The notes: generated by a model not told the origin, from the letters alone. 64,000 nucleotides of DNA from Tubulanus polymorphus (GCF_964204645.1 NC_134027.1:14850485-14914484); one strand, 5' to 3'. Positions 21,201-35,893 are shown, numbered from the stretch's first letter. Made by a program: numbers and translations.

Positions 21201-22948
21201 AGTAAAATGTATATATATAATATATATGTAAGGAAAATTATTTTATGAACCTCTTGAGATTAAAAGCTATTCAATACGATAACATTTTACTGAAACTTGT
21301 ATTTTCCAGATGATTCAAAGTAAACCCAAAGACTAGAGTAGATGTAGCACATATAAAACATCATTGAAGGTGATGTGAAAAAAATCTTATTTTCTAACTA
21401 TCAGTAACTAAAATTTAAGTGAGTGTTAGATCCAATTGATATTAATCTCATTGTGTTGATGTATGGAGCTGTAAAACTCATCTGTCCACCAAGAGTCCCC
21501 TCCCTTCGAAACCTGATAGCATTAAGATACACTGCCACTACATTAACCCACCTGCTGTTCTATTTATAACTATATATGAATCTGCCTTATACAAGCAATC
21601 AGATTGGTGCAGCACATTTTTCAGATCGTATAATGCTAAGGTCTCTATGTGACAAGCAGGCAACTACATGCCCACATGACGTGTTCTATGATTGTAGTGG
21701 GTTGTGGGTTTCTGTATGTGTTCACCAGGGGCATTAAATGTTGCCATATTGCCAAGTCGAGCATTTTACTGTGGGCATGGTGTCCATTTACCACTAGTTC
21801 GAACAATTGAAGGATTGTAAATTTCATGTCAACAAAATGTAGGCAATATAATGGCAGGAATGAATTCAGAATTACCTGAGTGGATGATTAGATTATTTAG
21901 ATACGCTAAGATCTTTAGTTGGAATAAAAATTGTTTCATATTATAATAATGTTTATAGTCGGTTATAGGTCTTTTGGATCTTCATGGGAAACCTGAATCG
22001 TAGGAGGAAGAATATGCTGTGGAAAACCTGCACAACAACACCATAAATGCATTTTCCGGAATAAATGAAATACATTTATGAAAATGTTTTGAGAAATATA
22101 TTTCAAACGCAAAACAATATATTCGAAGCGCAAAAAATATATTGCCAAATACACAAAATCACGAATATATTTTTTAGAAATAAATATATTTGAAACGCAT
22201 TTTCAAAAATATATTTTTCGCAAAAACTCTAAATCAAAAATATGTTTTTAGAAAATAGAAATATATTTGAAACGCGTTTCTAGAATATATTTTTTCGCGA
22301 AAACTCAAAATGGAAAAATATATTTTTTCAGAAACATATATTCGGAACGCATTTTTAGAAAATATATTTTTCTCAAAAATATATTCCGAAATCAATACAA
22401 AATCAGAAATAAATTTTTTTGCGAAAAAATGTATTTCATTTTCTTAAGGGAAATCTACATGATGGTGTATGTTTAATCCAGTATCAAAATTAAACATAAG
22501 AAAATAAACTCTACAGTTTAAGCATTTATAATTCATAAAGATTTCAGTACACCTTATTTTAAAGATTTGGAACATGCACCCTTGCCGCTAGTGTTTGTGT
22601 TTTTCAACCTTGAAATTCGACCATAGAACTCCAAAATCTGTATTGCACATCCTCTCTCCGGATATGATCTTATGAAATATATATGAAATAGCAATGACCT
22701 GCTATCAACGGTTCTTCTTGAATCGCATTTACACACAAATGACTTCTACTGACCGTGACCTTTGGAGCCCAAAATCAATAGGGCACATCCTTTCCCTAGG
22801 GGTAATCGAACTATGATATAGCATTGTCCAGCTATGAATGGTTCTTCTTGAATCGCATTCACAAGGTTTCACATAATCGACCTCCAGTGACCTTGACCTG
22901 GACCCCAAAAACAATAGGGCACATCATCTAGCTAGGGGTAATATTACT

Positions 22949-23978
22949 CACGATTGGTAGAACACTATATCCGTGTTGACGCGATGTAGAGAGAATCCCA
23001 CAATGATAATAAAAAAGTCCGAAAATGAAACTTCGAGATAGCAGTTTATTTCAACGTTTCGACTATATACTAATAGTCATCTTCAGGAATAATGAGATAC
23101 TACAAAAATTATGAGATCTATATACAATCCAGAGACAAAGAGACTAATTCAAGTAATCAGAGATGATACAAACTAAAGGAAAATTAACGTAGAAACAGTT
23201 ACACACTAAAATAGATTAAAGGGAACCAAACCAAGGGGTAATTATAAACAACAATAGTGAGTATAAATATAAATTGAAACTTAAAATCAGTAGTAAAGAG
23301 ACAAACTAGGGGGCACTCAAATTAAAACAATGGTGAATACAAGTTGAGCGACTAAAATTTATGAGTGACAAATAACAAAGGATCAAAGGGGAAATCAAGT
23401 GTTGAGTTGTTTACTTGAGTTCAGTTTACAGAGGAATTTTGATATAAGTTTATTATGGGGTGAAAAACCATTGTTAAGATTTACAACGTTGTTCGAATTT
23501 TCAATTATAAATGCAGATTCCAAAATATGTCGTTTAGTTTTATCGCTGCAAGGGTAAATTAATTCAGCATTAGCGAAATCAAAATCTGTAAACTGGTTAA
23601 ACTCAACACTTGATTTCCTCTTTGATCCTTTGTTATTTGTCACTCATCAATTGTTTTAATTTGAGTGCCCCCTAGTTTGTCTCTTTACTACTGATTTTAA
23701 GTTTCAATTTATATTTATACTCACTATTGTTGTTTATAATTACCCCTTGGTTTGGTTCCCTTTAATCTATTTTAGCATGTAACTGTTTCTACGTTAATAT
23801 TCCTTTAGTTTGTATCATTTCTGATTACTTGAATTAGTCTCTTTGTCTCTGGATTGTATATAGATCTCATAATTTTTGTAGTATCTCATTATTCCGGAAG
23901 ATGACTATTAGCATATAGTCGAAACGTTGAAATAAACTATTATCTCGAAGTTTCATTTTCGGACTTTTTATTATCATT
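22949..23978 (-). mobile_element. Penelope-like element relic: GIY-YIG 3' fragment between inverted pseudo-LTRs
   Basis: Arms 23000-23408 and 23600-23980 are inverted copies. The centre encodes FDFANAELIYPCSDKTKRHILESAFI..NLNNG. GTAATATTACT is duplicated at 22938-22948 and 23979-23989. Confidence 0.8.
23045..23093 (-). ncRNA. Minimal type I hammerhead ribozyme motif (Penelope pLTR)
   Basis: Minus strand reads CTGAAGA-T-GACTAT-tagtat-ATAGTC-GAAACGTT. The plus-strand copy at ~23889-23936 has a mutated core (CGGAAGA). Confidence 0.65.
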
Positions 23979-25658
23979 GTAATATTACTATGTAATATCA
24001 TAGTCCTACTATCAATTGTTCGCCTTAAATCTCACACGAATGACCAGTAATGACATTGACCTTGATCCTTGGACCCCAAAATCAATAGGACACATCCTCT
24101 CCCAAGGAGTAATCATAATATGTAATATCATAGTCCTGCTATCAACAGTTCTTCCAGAATCGCGTTCACAAGGTTTCACATGAATGATGTCTAGTGACCT
24201 TGACCTTAAATGATCCTTGGACCCTAAATTCAATAGGGCACATCCTCTCCGTAGGAGTAATCATAATATGTAATATCATAGTTCTGTTATCAACAGTCCT
24301 TCCTGAATCGTGTTCACAAGGTTTCACATGAATGACCCATAGTGACCTTGACCTTTGATCCTTGGACCCAAAATCGAATATGGTACATTATTCTTGAATC
24401 CCCGCCTGTGGTTATAAAAAAAAAAAATTAGAATGTGGCAACACCGCGTGTATATGCCTGGTTAAGCAATAGAAGACAGGTGTCATATTGCATACTTCAT
24501 AGAAAACAGCGCAGTTAAAGGTCAAATGCCCTCTAATTCCTACTTTTTAAGATTAACTTTCCAAATAACATTTTAGTATATAAATGACAGCCTTGGATGA
24601 GCCTTATAGAAAAAAAATAACGTATTTGTCTTAAATCAGTAATATTAAATAACTGGTTCATTAACCTATATAGCGTGTGCATCGCTACATGGATCATAGC
24701 CTCAAGACCAACCAAAATTCAAAGCAGTTTGAGAAGCACATTGAAGGCTATTTACCCTCATGAAAAACATTTTCGCGGCAATATATCCTAGCTTCATCCA
24801 TTCAAAAACAATCAAAACAGCTTTAACAGTTTTTATTGTGCCACTGCTGACCAAAATTCACTGATATTTACCAACACAGCCAACTACAGCAACTTTAAGA
24901 AATTTGATAATTTCAATTTTGAGCCAGTGACCGAATGCCTACAGACTTTTTAATTAGCTGAAGTACAGATTTTCCACGTAAAATCTTGAAAATATAACGG
25001 AAGAAATAAGTGTGAAAACTGTATTGGGCTGAATTCAAATGATGGGAGAACTTACTTTTTGCAATCAATTAGGATGGAAATATCAAGAAAGAAATCTTTT
25101 ATTTTCTTAATTGTATCTGATGAAAACACAACATTTTTCAACCAGATGTTTTTGGCAGGATTTCAGAAGGGATCCATGCTCCAAGTCAATTGACATCATA
25201 GGGCCGGGCCGTAGGAGCCGTAGCGGCTCGAGCCGCCCAAATATTTTACTAGTTACATTTTTTTAATGTAACATTTTTGGGGTTTCCGCCTTGGCAAAGT
25301 TATATAGGTGCTGATTGAGATCAATTTAACAGAAAACGATTCGATGATCAGTAAATAAATTTTGTCATTCAATGATCGATTGTGGCCACGCTGGCCATTA
25401 TTAGATAATAAGTATTTTTCCCCCAAACTTATATCTAAACGATAGACTTATGAGTCCCTGACGGTTATTTATTTGAAAATGTTGATGATTTGCAGTCATT
25501 CTATGATATCGCACATGAATCTATCACACATCAGTCTATGATAGATTCTAGGTAATTTTCAGAACAATTAAAACAGATACTACGCGAGCAACACACGCTC
25601 AGATAAATAATTAATCCAACATTTCTATATACATTAATTCAAGGGAAGTATAAAATGT

Positions 25659-26874
25659 AAACTAGGGGTCCAGGGACACCATGCCCACTTGGGAAGTGGT
25701 TTCAAATGCTCAACAATCTTACAATTTCAATATTCAACACCCCCTGGTGACCATATACAAAAACCAATGACCTTGAAACTCACCACAATCATAGAACATA
25801 TTGTCAGCAGCTACAATTTTGTAATTGATTGTGATAACAAAATATGCCTCGTTACCAATTTAATATAGAAATACTAAGTTATTCTACTATTCAATGCCCC
25901 CTGGTGACCATATTCAAAACCCAATGACCATGAAACTCACCACAATCTTAGAACATATGATGAACTACAACTTTGCAATGGATCATGGTGACAAAAGATG
26001 CCTAGGTACCAATAAAGGAAATACTAAGTAATTCTACTATTCAACGCCCCCTGGTGACCATATAGAATAACTTATGTCCTTAAAACTCACCACAATCATA
26101 GACGATGTCATGAGCGACAACTTTGCAATGATTGTGGTAACAAAATATGCATTGGTACAAATATGATATAGAAATACTAAGATATTGTATTATTCAACGC
26201 CCCCTGGTGGCCATATACAGAAACCAATGACCTTGAAACTCACCACAATCATAGAACACGTTATAAGCTACAACTTTCTAAAAACTTTTTCCCACCTACG
26301 AATGAGTACTGGTAACTCCAAGATGGCCGCCAATTGCTCATAATTGGTTGATCAAAAATACCTGTCTCAGGTATAAAACATCCCTTTCCAAAGAATACCC
26401 ATCAGCAATTGCCATCAGAAATGGCAAACCAGTAGGAACCTACAGGACTCAGAATTCGGGCCAAAATTGACATTTTTGGGCACTAAAAAGGTTATATGCC
26501 ATCTTGAGTCCGATCAACCCAATTTTTGTCACGGTTATGGGCCCTGGGAGGATTCAGATATATATGAAAGATCAAAGCGTCTTCAAAATTTCTCTCAAAA
26601 AGTTCAAAAATGTGTAAAAAGTGCTGATTTTGGCAAATAACAATGGCTGCCAGTTAGCCATCTTGATTCTGACAGGGCCAGTTTTTTGGCTGAAGATTTG
26701 TCTAGGGTAGATACATGTGTAACCGAAATATCAAGACATTACATTGAAGCGTCTTCAAACTTCCAAAAATAACTGGATTCCGTCTACGGACGGACGGACG
26801 GACGCTATGAGGGACGACGGACGAAAAGTGAACGCAATAGCCCGCTGGGACCTAAGTCCCAAGTAGGCTAAAAA
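25659..26874 (+). mobile_element. Helentron-associated (HINE/DINE-like) non-autonomous element
   Basis: Four ~150-157-bp core repeats, a (GGAC)n microsatellite and a 3' stem-loop before an A-run; second copy at ~54856-55650. Confidence 0.65.
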
Positions 26875-27981
26875 CTGTATTTATCAGCTTGATGACGAAT
26901 TGGTGACGCATCCACGCACGCACGCCCACCCGCACGCGCACACACAGATTTTGTAATTCCCAAAATAAAGAACCGATTTTTTGCGCGTGTGAATGCTTGA
27001 TCTGGTCCAAGTGGGACTGGGCCAAATTAAGACTCGCCTTAATGAACGCACCTTATCATTCTACATCTGTATGAAGACGATATGTTAAACGCTCTCAAAA
27101 TGTTTTACCAAATATACATACCGAGAAATATACCAGCCAGGCTATACACTATAATTTCATCTTGGACATTTTGATAACTTTTTTAGGTATTGGAAAAGTC
27201 GCGCCATAGGGTTCGTAGGTCATATTTGTTTATACAATAGTTCATAAAATAAAGCCGTAAATGCTGAGAATTTACAGATTTTGTTACTCTATATAATTAT
27301 CACACCCTGGTATTTTTGGGGATTTTAGGGAGGTGGCCTCCCTAATGAAAGATTGCTTCCTACGGGCCTGCATCATCTCCGTGAAAAGCGCTATACATGC
27401 AGTAATCACACACAACTGAATGATGATTCATCATGAATATGCATAGAAATGCAGGGGTTAGATTTTGAGGCGAGCAATCGCGCTCGCGCGCCTACGCGCA
27501 CGTAAAATATCTCGTAGAAGCGCTACTCACAGCGCACCTTAGTCTTATTCAATAGCGAGCGCAAAATTGTAGAAAGTTTATTGATTTCCCACAACCTTGG
27601 TGCAAAGTGGAAAGTTTATTGATTTCCCAATAACTTGTAAAATAGAAAGTAAGTAAAAGTATCCTTGGAGTAATCATTTGACTACTCCAATTCAAAATAC
27701 CGGTGCAACTGGCCACTTTCCTTAGTTGGGGCGTCTGTGAAATAGCGTTTCCAAGCCCCTAGAGTTCAAAATTTTTCTGGGGGAGGGCCCGCAGACCCCC
27801 CATGAAGGACTTCGCACCTACGGCGCTCGTTTTATCACATTAACAAAATTCCAGTTGAGCACCGAACCACATCTAGGTGCTCAATTAGTAGGGCACCTAC
27901 AATTTTTAGAATCTAACCCCTGAAATGGGGTTTCCCCAATGACTCAAATAGACACCTACTGTACAACATCGGTCTCCAAGG

Positions 27982-29340
27982 ATAAACAAGAGATCCACGG
28001 ATCTCAATATCTCGGGCGCAGAATGTTATCTTTGTAATGTATAGGCGCCATCTGATTGATGCATCTTTAAGGTTTTCCTTGAACACTTCATGGATGTGTG
28101 AAATGCTGATTTCGGTGAACAACATCATCGAAATCTAATCAGCAATCATCGCAGCAATACCGGGATATCAACATATTCAAGTGCTTGAATAACTCGTTTG
28201 ATGGCGCTAGTCAGAACCGGAAATTGGAAACTTAATCCGCCATGTTCAAGTTCATTTGCAATAAAGATCTCTCGCTTCAAGTTTTTAGTTAGCGACATTT
28301 TACTTACTATACAACGGCACGCATAATCCTTTGAGTATGATATCCTGATGTGTTGAATTCGATAAAACCTCACTTTGAACCCTAAAGATCACTAGAAATG
28401 TCAAAAAACTACCAAAAATAACAAATTTAGCGATGACGCTCGAAGCAGCTAGCGGAAGTTAAGACTGGTACCGGGTGTCATCCCTTTGTTGTCGAGTTCA
28501 AGACTCTAAGGTAAATTTATTGCAGGCAACACTGATAAATATGAAATAATATAATGAAATAAAATTGATTTTAGAAGAACTAAACTCCTAGATTTATAAT
28601 AAAAATATGAAATGTACCAGGACTCGAACCAACAATCTTAATTGGGCGGTCAAGTGCTGCAACCATGTGATACCTGGCAACCAGTCTTTACATCGTCAGC
28701 CGTTGCAAAATGTTTTTTGATAATTTTAGGACATTTATAGTGATTTCTAGCCTTAGCAGTGAGGTTTTATCATATCCAACGTAGCAGTAGGGTAACATAT
28801 TTCAAGGATTATGCATGACGATACATAGTAAGTAAAATATCGCTTGAAGCGAGAGATTTTCATTGCAAATGAACTAGAGCATGGTGGATTTAGGTTCCAA
28901 TTCCCGGTTCTGACTAGCGCCATCAAACGAGTAATTCAAGAACTTGAATTTGTCGATATCCTGTATACACGAGGTTTGGGCCTAGTCGATTGTGCACGCA
29001 TAATCTTCCGTGAAGTAGCGTATTGATTGAATCTTCGGTTATTTGCATAATGAAATAGATATGGGGAGACGGAATCGATACTACGGCTATCATATTAAAA
29101 ATAAACATATAAGACTCTCCCATGACTGGGAAATGAGAAACTAGAACAGCAGATTAATAGATGAGAAGATTAAAAGACCGGTTTGTCTGCGTCAATCGAA
29201 TATGCCCTTTTACATTGATTGACAGTTATTTTCGTTCAATGTAACGTTGTACATCGGCCTTCTAGCCGTTTTATGAAACAAAATGCTCCTTGAAATTTCT
29301 TTAAAAATCGCCACAAATTCGTCGATTTCTCTTAAATGAA
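27982..29340 (+). repeat. ~1.35-kb interspersed repeat with internal inverted arms (copy 1)
   Basis: Co-linear with 59894-61253; ~28160-28440 is inverted relative to ~28710-28960. Confidence 0.85.
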
Positions 29341-32300
29341 CGCGATATTCAAAATTCCATTTCCAACAGATTTTAGCCGCATGATGAAGCTACATTTTGC
29401 ACATAAACATAGTAGATTGCATGACTTCGTGTCGAAGTTATAACCTCATTTGTTAGCAAAAATTCAAATTTTGGACCCATTACAACATCCAAGATAAAAA
29501 GAAATTAATACAATTTATCTACCATGCATTAGACATCGGCACCCTGCTATCAAAATTTCCATCGTTACAAAAAACAATCATAAATCTACAGATTTGCAAC
29601 ATTTTCGAAATTCAAGGCCCTAAAATCAAGACCAAAGTGCTGAATTCAAGGCTTTTCAAGGCTTTGAATATCCTTTTATTAGGATTTCATGGCCCGCTAC
29701 GAACCCTGCGGCAGCTGCAGCCCCGTGTCAGCACCACATCTTTGCTAAACAAACATACAAGTTTGTGAACTTAGTGCTCATAGCCTGTATATAAAATCTA
29801 TAAAACAACATCATTCCTTCACTGTATTCACAGCTCTACTGCTGGCTATCCATTGTATGTTTATTGTGTTAGGCTTTTGTATAACATCATCAAAGCTATA
29901 CATCAGAAAGAATTAAAAAATTTCTCAATTAAACAATGTCTCAAACAATTTCTAAAGGATTAAATACGCTACAAACGGTGATTATGCGGTGCAGGATTAG
30001 AGACTGGAAACTGTTGGATTATTTCAGATGTACACTGCTTGTTTCACCAAGGATTGTTTTAAAATCAATCTAATAAAGCAAAGTCCATTGTTCTTAATCA
30101 AATGTATTTTTTTGCCATAGCTTTGCTATTCATAAAGCACACCAAAAGTTTGTTATTCTTCAGCGGTACAACGCGCATGGAGATATGTGTTTGACTACAA
30201 TGACGTCAGTGATCATGGGTTTTTCACAGCAAACGCGCACCTGCTGTATATGGTAAGCTGGTGAAAATAGGCAACTTTAGTCCTATTTCTCAGTAATGGC
30301 TTTACTAAAATCAAAATTAGTAACACATTTATCATTTATACACTAATCACATTTAAAAAATATTTATTTACACAACATTCTATCTCAAGGGCATTTGACC
30401 TTTATATTCAGGGCTGCCAACCTTGTCCTTACGCAGACAGGGACAGACGGATATCTTAGAAGGAACTTGCTAAAATATTATTCTAGCGAGAGACGGCTGC
30501 CCTAATGGCCATATCAAATGGCCGGCGACCTACATTTTCATTAGGGGTAACCTCTCATCTGGTCCAATGCTGACACCAAGTTTCATAGGTATCCACTAAG
30601 AATTATGGGCTGGATTGTCCTAACAAGAACTTCAAGATAGTGGCCATATTTGATGGCCGATGACCTCCATTTGTCCACTTGGAAACAAAATAATTTTGAT
30701 CTCATCACATAACAATGTGTCCCTACACCTATGCCCTCACAGGTTTTTTTCATAAGGCATGTTTCGGCCAATTAAAAATCGTCCTACTGGAGCTATCAAA
30801 CATGCCCATTTTCAAAAGATTGCTCGGAACTTACGCGGCCGAGCAACTGCGCTGCTCGGTTTACTGCTCGGACATTCTGCTCGGTTTTGATAAATTAGCC
30901 CCGCGCAATATGAGCTGCTCGATAATCTCTGCTCGGAACTCTGTTCGGTTTCAATCGTTTGTAGATCCGCGCAAATACGAGCTGCTCGGCATGCTGCTCG
31001 GAATTGAACGTATGAAATACCGAGCAAAGGCACGATACTCGGTGACTTGCTCGACGGGTTGCTCGGAACATCTGTCATCGCTGAACTCTACGTAGTGAAC
31101 GCACCAACCTCTGAACTCTGAATGATTTGGCCGTATATCTGTCTTTGGGTTTTATATGCTACCCGAGCAATAGATAATTATCTGGCCGAGTAATTACACC
31201 GATCAGAAAGACTTACTCGGCCGAGCAGGATTTTTTTTGCCAAGTAACTGCTCCAGTAACGCAACTTTGCTCGGATTAGTGTCATAGTAGCAAATAATTA
31301 ACGCTGATGTTGCTATTCGCGTAGAGATGATGTACCACTGGAGCAAACGTTGATACATTTTTGAGCGCGCCTTTGATGGAGAAAAAAAATACATGAAAAA
31401 AAATATTGTTCATTAGTTGTAGAACTACGTATCATTAGGTTTTTGGATGTTTGAATGAACTATTGATCATATTTTACCCTTGAAGAGACAGGTGACAACA
31501 GCCCTTGATTTAGAGGCGTCTTTAATTGTTTACGATTTTATTTTTCTGGCTAATGTTTTTACTGAACTAAATCTATGAATTATTTCGTAGGCCTATTGGT
31601 ATGTATTTTTCGTGCAGCATGAATTATCTGTATACTCGACAATCGTGTGCCAAAGGCCGATGACGATGATGTCATACGATCGAATTACAAATTTGCTCCG
31701 AACATCCACCTCGGATCCATTCACAAATAGGCCTATATATGTCAACTAATCTGATGGGCTGTTTTTGAAGTGACTAAAATTTGTACATCAGAATTTGAAT
31801 AAATATGCGTCTTGACATTCAAATAGAAAAATTAATTGTTACAAGTTATATACGATGATTTTAGTTAATGATATAAGTTCACAAATATCTTGCCAAAAAA
31901 CTTTTATCCTCGATGAGGTAAGCTAAACCTTTCTAACTTGTATATACTTTACCATGTCATTCAATACGCCAAGTCTTAATATTAAATCATTAAAAGTTTA
32001 TACTTATTTTTACATTTTATTTTACTTTATTTATCAAAAATAGGCCTACGAGTCTCAAGCTTTGGCAGAGCCGCATCCATGGGTCCGCCCGGGCCGATAT
32101 TCATTCTGTTATCGATTAAATTCATTAATTTAATAGGGGATATGCAAATCACTATAATTGTGAAAACTATAGTTTAGGCCTAGCTCCGATGAAAATAACA
32201 GGGATACTTGTTTTTATTACGATAAAAATGCGTAGGACCGGCCTTTTAGTTAGACCGTGTGAAAAGTCATCACGCGGCGTACGAGAACCGTTATTTTAAA

Positions 32301-32969
32301 CGGTGCGCTTTGGTACTTAGCAGGACCGGTTTCGGTTAGACCTAATTACCGGAAGTAATACGACTGCAATAAAAACGACAACAACGTTGTCGTTGCCGCC
32401 GCCGTCGGCACCATTCGAAATCGAAAAAGAACACATGAAAAACCAAAATCCAGTGTTGTAGGGTAAGCTAAACTGTTTTTAGAAGCTATGAACTAAAAAA
32501 ATCTACCTAGCCCGTCTTCTGGCCTCTCTAGAACCTAATTTATTAATATAATATAGTTTTTGGTTAGTGACGTGAAGCGAATATATTTCATTCTTTTTTG
32601 TTCGATGACACAAATTTGGCATCTGTCTTATTCTAGCCTAAAGATTTGAACATGTGCCTGTCATGGCAACGGTAATTTTATTAGTTATTTGTATCAAACA
32701 TGTTTGGCAATCGGTTTATTCGAAATCAGGTGTAAATATTTAAAACTATCTACGGTTACGGGAGTCTATAGGCCTACTCTATATCTAGGCTATAAATATA
32801 TTAAAATTCGTCAAACCTGCGTGACCTGACCTTAAATTTCTATAGCCTAATGGAATGGGCTGAAATCACTCAACTATTGGTGGGGAATGCTCTGCTGTTC
32901 ATCGGCTCCTTTTCCTATTCCCTGTTTAATAGTCACTGTGTAATGTATGCTTATTATTCTCATTCCAGG

Positions 32970-35893
32970 GTTGTCTCTGCTGTGGTTTCGTGTGATATGA
33001 CCGACACTCAAAGCTACCTCTTGGACTTACTTAAGAATGAACAGCACTGGGAAGTGACTGGTGGAGTTTTCGTTGTTGCGGATGGTGCAGAATATTTTAT
33101 AGTGAAAAACGGACAGAAATTTTATAGTGGAGCGGAAACTTGTCTGTTATTGACATGTGACTGCAAAGAGGGAATGAATGTTCATTCAGAATTGAATGCA
33201 CTCAGTAAAATCGTTACTGAAGACATTGCTACTTTCAAAATGCGTTATACGAGTAGATACTGCAAACATTCCTTTGCAGTCGCAGAAATGTATAAAAATC
33301 GTTTAGAGAATGAAGTTTCTGATACCCTTTCAGTAGCTATTCTTTTTAACAAACCCTTCGTCGCTGCCGTTTCTGGTGTACATATTATCAAATGGAACAG
33401 TCGGTTAGGACATTTTCTTTGCCGAACATGTCGTTTCAATAACAATTGCCCTCATATTGGGCAGTATAAAGACTGGTGCGAAGAAAATAATTTTGATTTA
33501 CCGTCAAAAGCAAATAGTGATGATGAACCTACTGCGCAGAGAGAGATCAGTTCAGTGTCATCACTGAAAATACCCTATCCATTGCCAAGCAGTCTGCGGG
33601 AAGTTCTCAGGACACAAAAACTGGGCTTAGGGTATCCGGAAGCTCTTATTCCGTCATTGGTAACTCCTAGTTGCAAACATAATTTCCCATGGGATAAGCG
33701 AGATCCTGTTTTAATGGAATGGGAATCGCAGAATGCTACAATATATACGGAAAACGGAGGACAGTCTTATACTATAAGAGATGGTGCTGTCAGGCCTATT
33801 AAAGGTAATGTAAAAATAATCAATTATTTAATAATATTAATCACAATGTCTAAACATTATATTATTATTTGTCCCTAAAATAAATGCTTATTTGACTTCT
33901 TAGTATTCAGTATTTTTTTGTATTTTTTTTGTAGTGTATTACATCCCCGCCACTGGTGATTGTGATTGTCGTTTATTTTTCGATGGCGAGCAAGAACTTT
34001 TAGTGAATTTGAATAATTCAAGTCTAGTGGATTATCGTTTGTTATTCAAGTATATGCATTTAATGGTAGAAGCAAGGAGCCCGCTCTCATCATTTCAGAG
34101 GTATTTATACTTTTTGCTTTTTTCCAATCACAAGTGTACACTTTTCTTCTAAAATTGCTAAAACATAATTTTTATTTCATTTAAGGGCTATGTCACGGTC
34201 AGCTGCAAAATTATTGAATGAACAGGCGATTCCACTTCACACTTTACAGCGTGCGTGGAATGTGTTTGTGCGATTATTAGACTTTGATTGGTCTCATGAA
34301 TTTTCATGTCCAGTTTGTAAAGATCAACCTCGTACAATAATTTGTGATGGTATAGATCTGGGATTTCGGAAAGATCTGCTGCGCAACATGAAAGATGACT
34401 CACCCCGGGTAGAGAATGTTCAGGTTGAAGGCACAAAACATAAGGATAGAGTCTTCATACAAGATTCAAAATGTAAAAAATTACTCCATAAATATGCGTC
34501 TGAATCACTTGGTAAAACTGAAAAAAAACAGCTTGAGAGCATGTTAGCTAAACACAGTCACCTGGCTAATCTCAAATTGTTGGTCGAATCAAAAAAGCGA
34601 GATCTTGTGAACGCGTGTTGTTTAAAGCTTTGGCCTGCAATGGACCCATCTGTGCAGTAATGCAGTGCAATGATTATGAAGGGACTGTTGACTTGCTCTA
34701 CGATCTTCTCGGTAGTGATGTTAGATATTTCAACAGTGACAATCACGCGAACGTGTGTGAACTGCTTAAGAGAGCACCAATACTTGTTCAGTTTATACTG
34801 GATTGTCATAATGAATCAGAGTTGACTGCCTATGTACTAGGATTAGTAATTGATATTATAGAAAGATCCAAGTTTTGCTTTCAGGTAAATTTTCCACATT
34901 AAGCTACTAATTTAAATCATTTTAGTTCTTCGCCAAACTTTCTTGGATTAAACAACTTCAAAAAAACCTTATTATTGATCTGTTATTACAAAACAATGAA
35001 TTTTTAGGTTACACGAAATGACACGGACAATTACAGACCGGCACAATCCGCAGAATTATTTAAATTGTTGGAGTTCTTCCCAAGTCTTCCAAAACAACAC
35101 AGGTTAGTTACATACGAACGACTAAAATTTTTCCTTATGAGTAGATGTGAAATTCTTAGAATTATAAGTATTCCCAATTGTCAATGGCAATCTAGTACCT
35201 GTAACAATACTGAATATTATTTTTTACTAGGTCATGTCAAGTCACGAGTCACCAAGGCACCCTTTTAGTATATTCAAAACGAGATTTGCGAAAGCGCCAA
35301 AACTTATTGTTTATGACAATGCTTGCAAGCTTCACTCGTATTGTTTGAATAGGTAAGTTGATTATAGTCACTATTCTTAGTACCAGTACTAAGATAGAAG
35401 ATATTATTTGAAATTAGTTTCAATTCTAATGGACTGAATTAGGTTTGAGACAAAAGTACAGGTTTCCTTTTGATTTATTTTCAGAGAGCCGGAGTTTTTC
35501 AAGGAAACTGTATTCTGTGTAGACAGGATGCATTGGAAAAATCACACTGGGTAAGTTTTTTTTTAGCTAACTTGCAATGAAGTCCAGGGGGCTAATGTTT
35601 TCACTTTTCCGTCTGTGTTAGAGTTTACAAAGCGCTTTGATGACGTAAATTTCAATATTTTTTGATAGCCTACAATTCCATTCTAATTTCAGATGCTGTA
35701 TTGGGTACAAATTAGACACATATGGAGTCAATCTAGATATTCAGAAGATCAACAGTCAGATTAATGAACAGGCAAATGCTGGTCTCATCAGATTAAAGGC
35801 CCAGTTGGCATACAGGAATATTGAAAACTTCATGAGAAACATTTCATTATTTTTATGTATAAAAAACCGAGATAAAAAGGAAAAAATGCAATA
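32970..35893 (+). pseudogene. KDZ/HMGXB3-related transposase, multi-exon (approx. 32970-33804, 33935-34100, 34186-34884, 35008-35103, 35232-35352, 35485-35550, 35693-35893)
   Basis: SWIM/CxC clusters; FSCPVCKDQPRTIICDG; HESPRHPF; IVYDNACKLHSYCLNREPEFF; VDRMHWKNHTGC; INSQINEQAN. GT-AG introns. Frameshift at ~34590, and a conserved central segment appears to be missing. Confidence 0.8.

Larger units (their letters stand above)
22690..24390. repeat. Tandem ~120-bp repeat family (GACCTTGACCTTTG...CAATAGGGCACATCCTCTCC), interrupted by a Penelope relic
   Basis: Several diverged units; the same family is arrayed at 63545-64000. Confidence 0.8.

Noticed and set aside
18300-21900. Possible ancient LINE coding remnants
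   Set aside because: Too degraded to support any motif by eye.
25740-26290. CRISPR-like array (also 63545-64000)
   Set aside because: Whole units are homologous with no unique spacers, there are no cas genes, and the context is eukaryotic.
30715-31095. ORFs in the TIRs (30715-31095, 30812-31078, 39866-40081) as duplicated genes
   Set aside because: They are translations of the repetitive inverted repeats.
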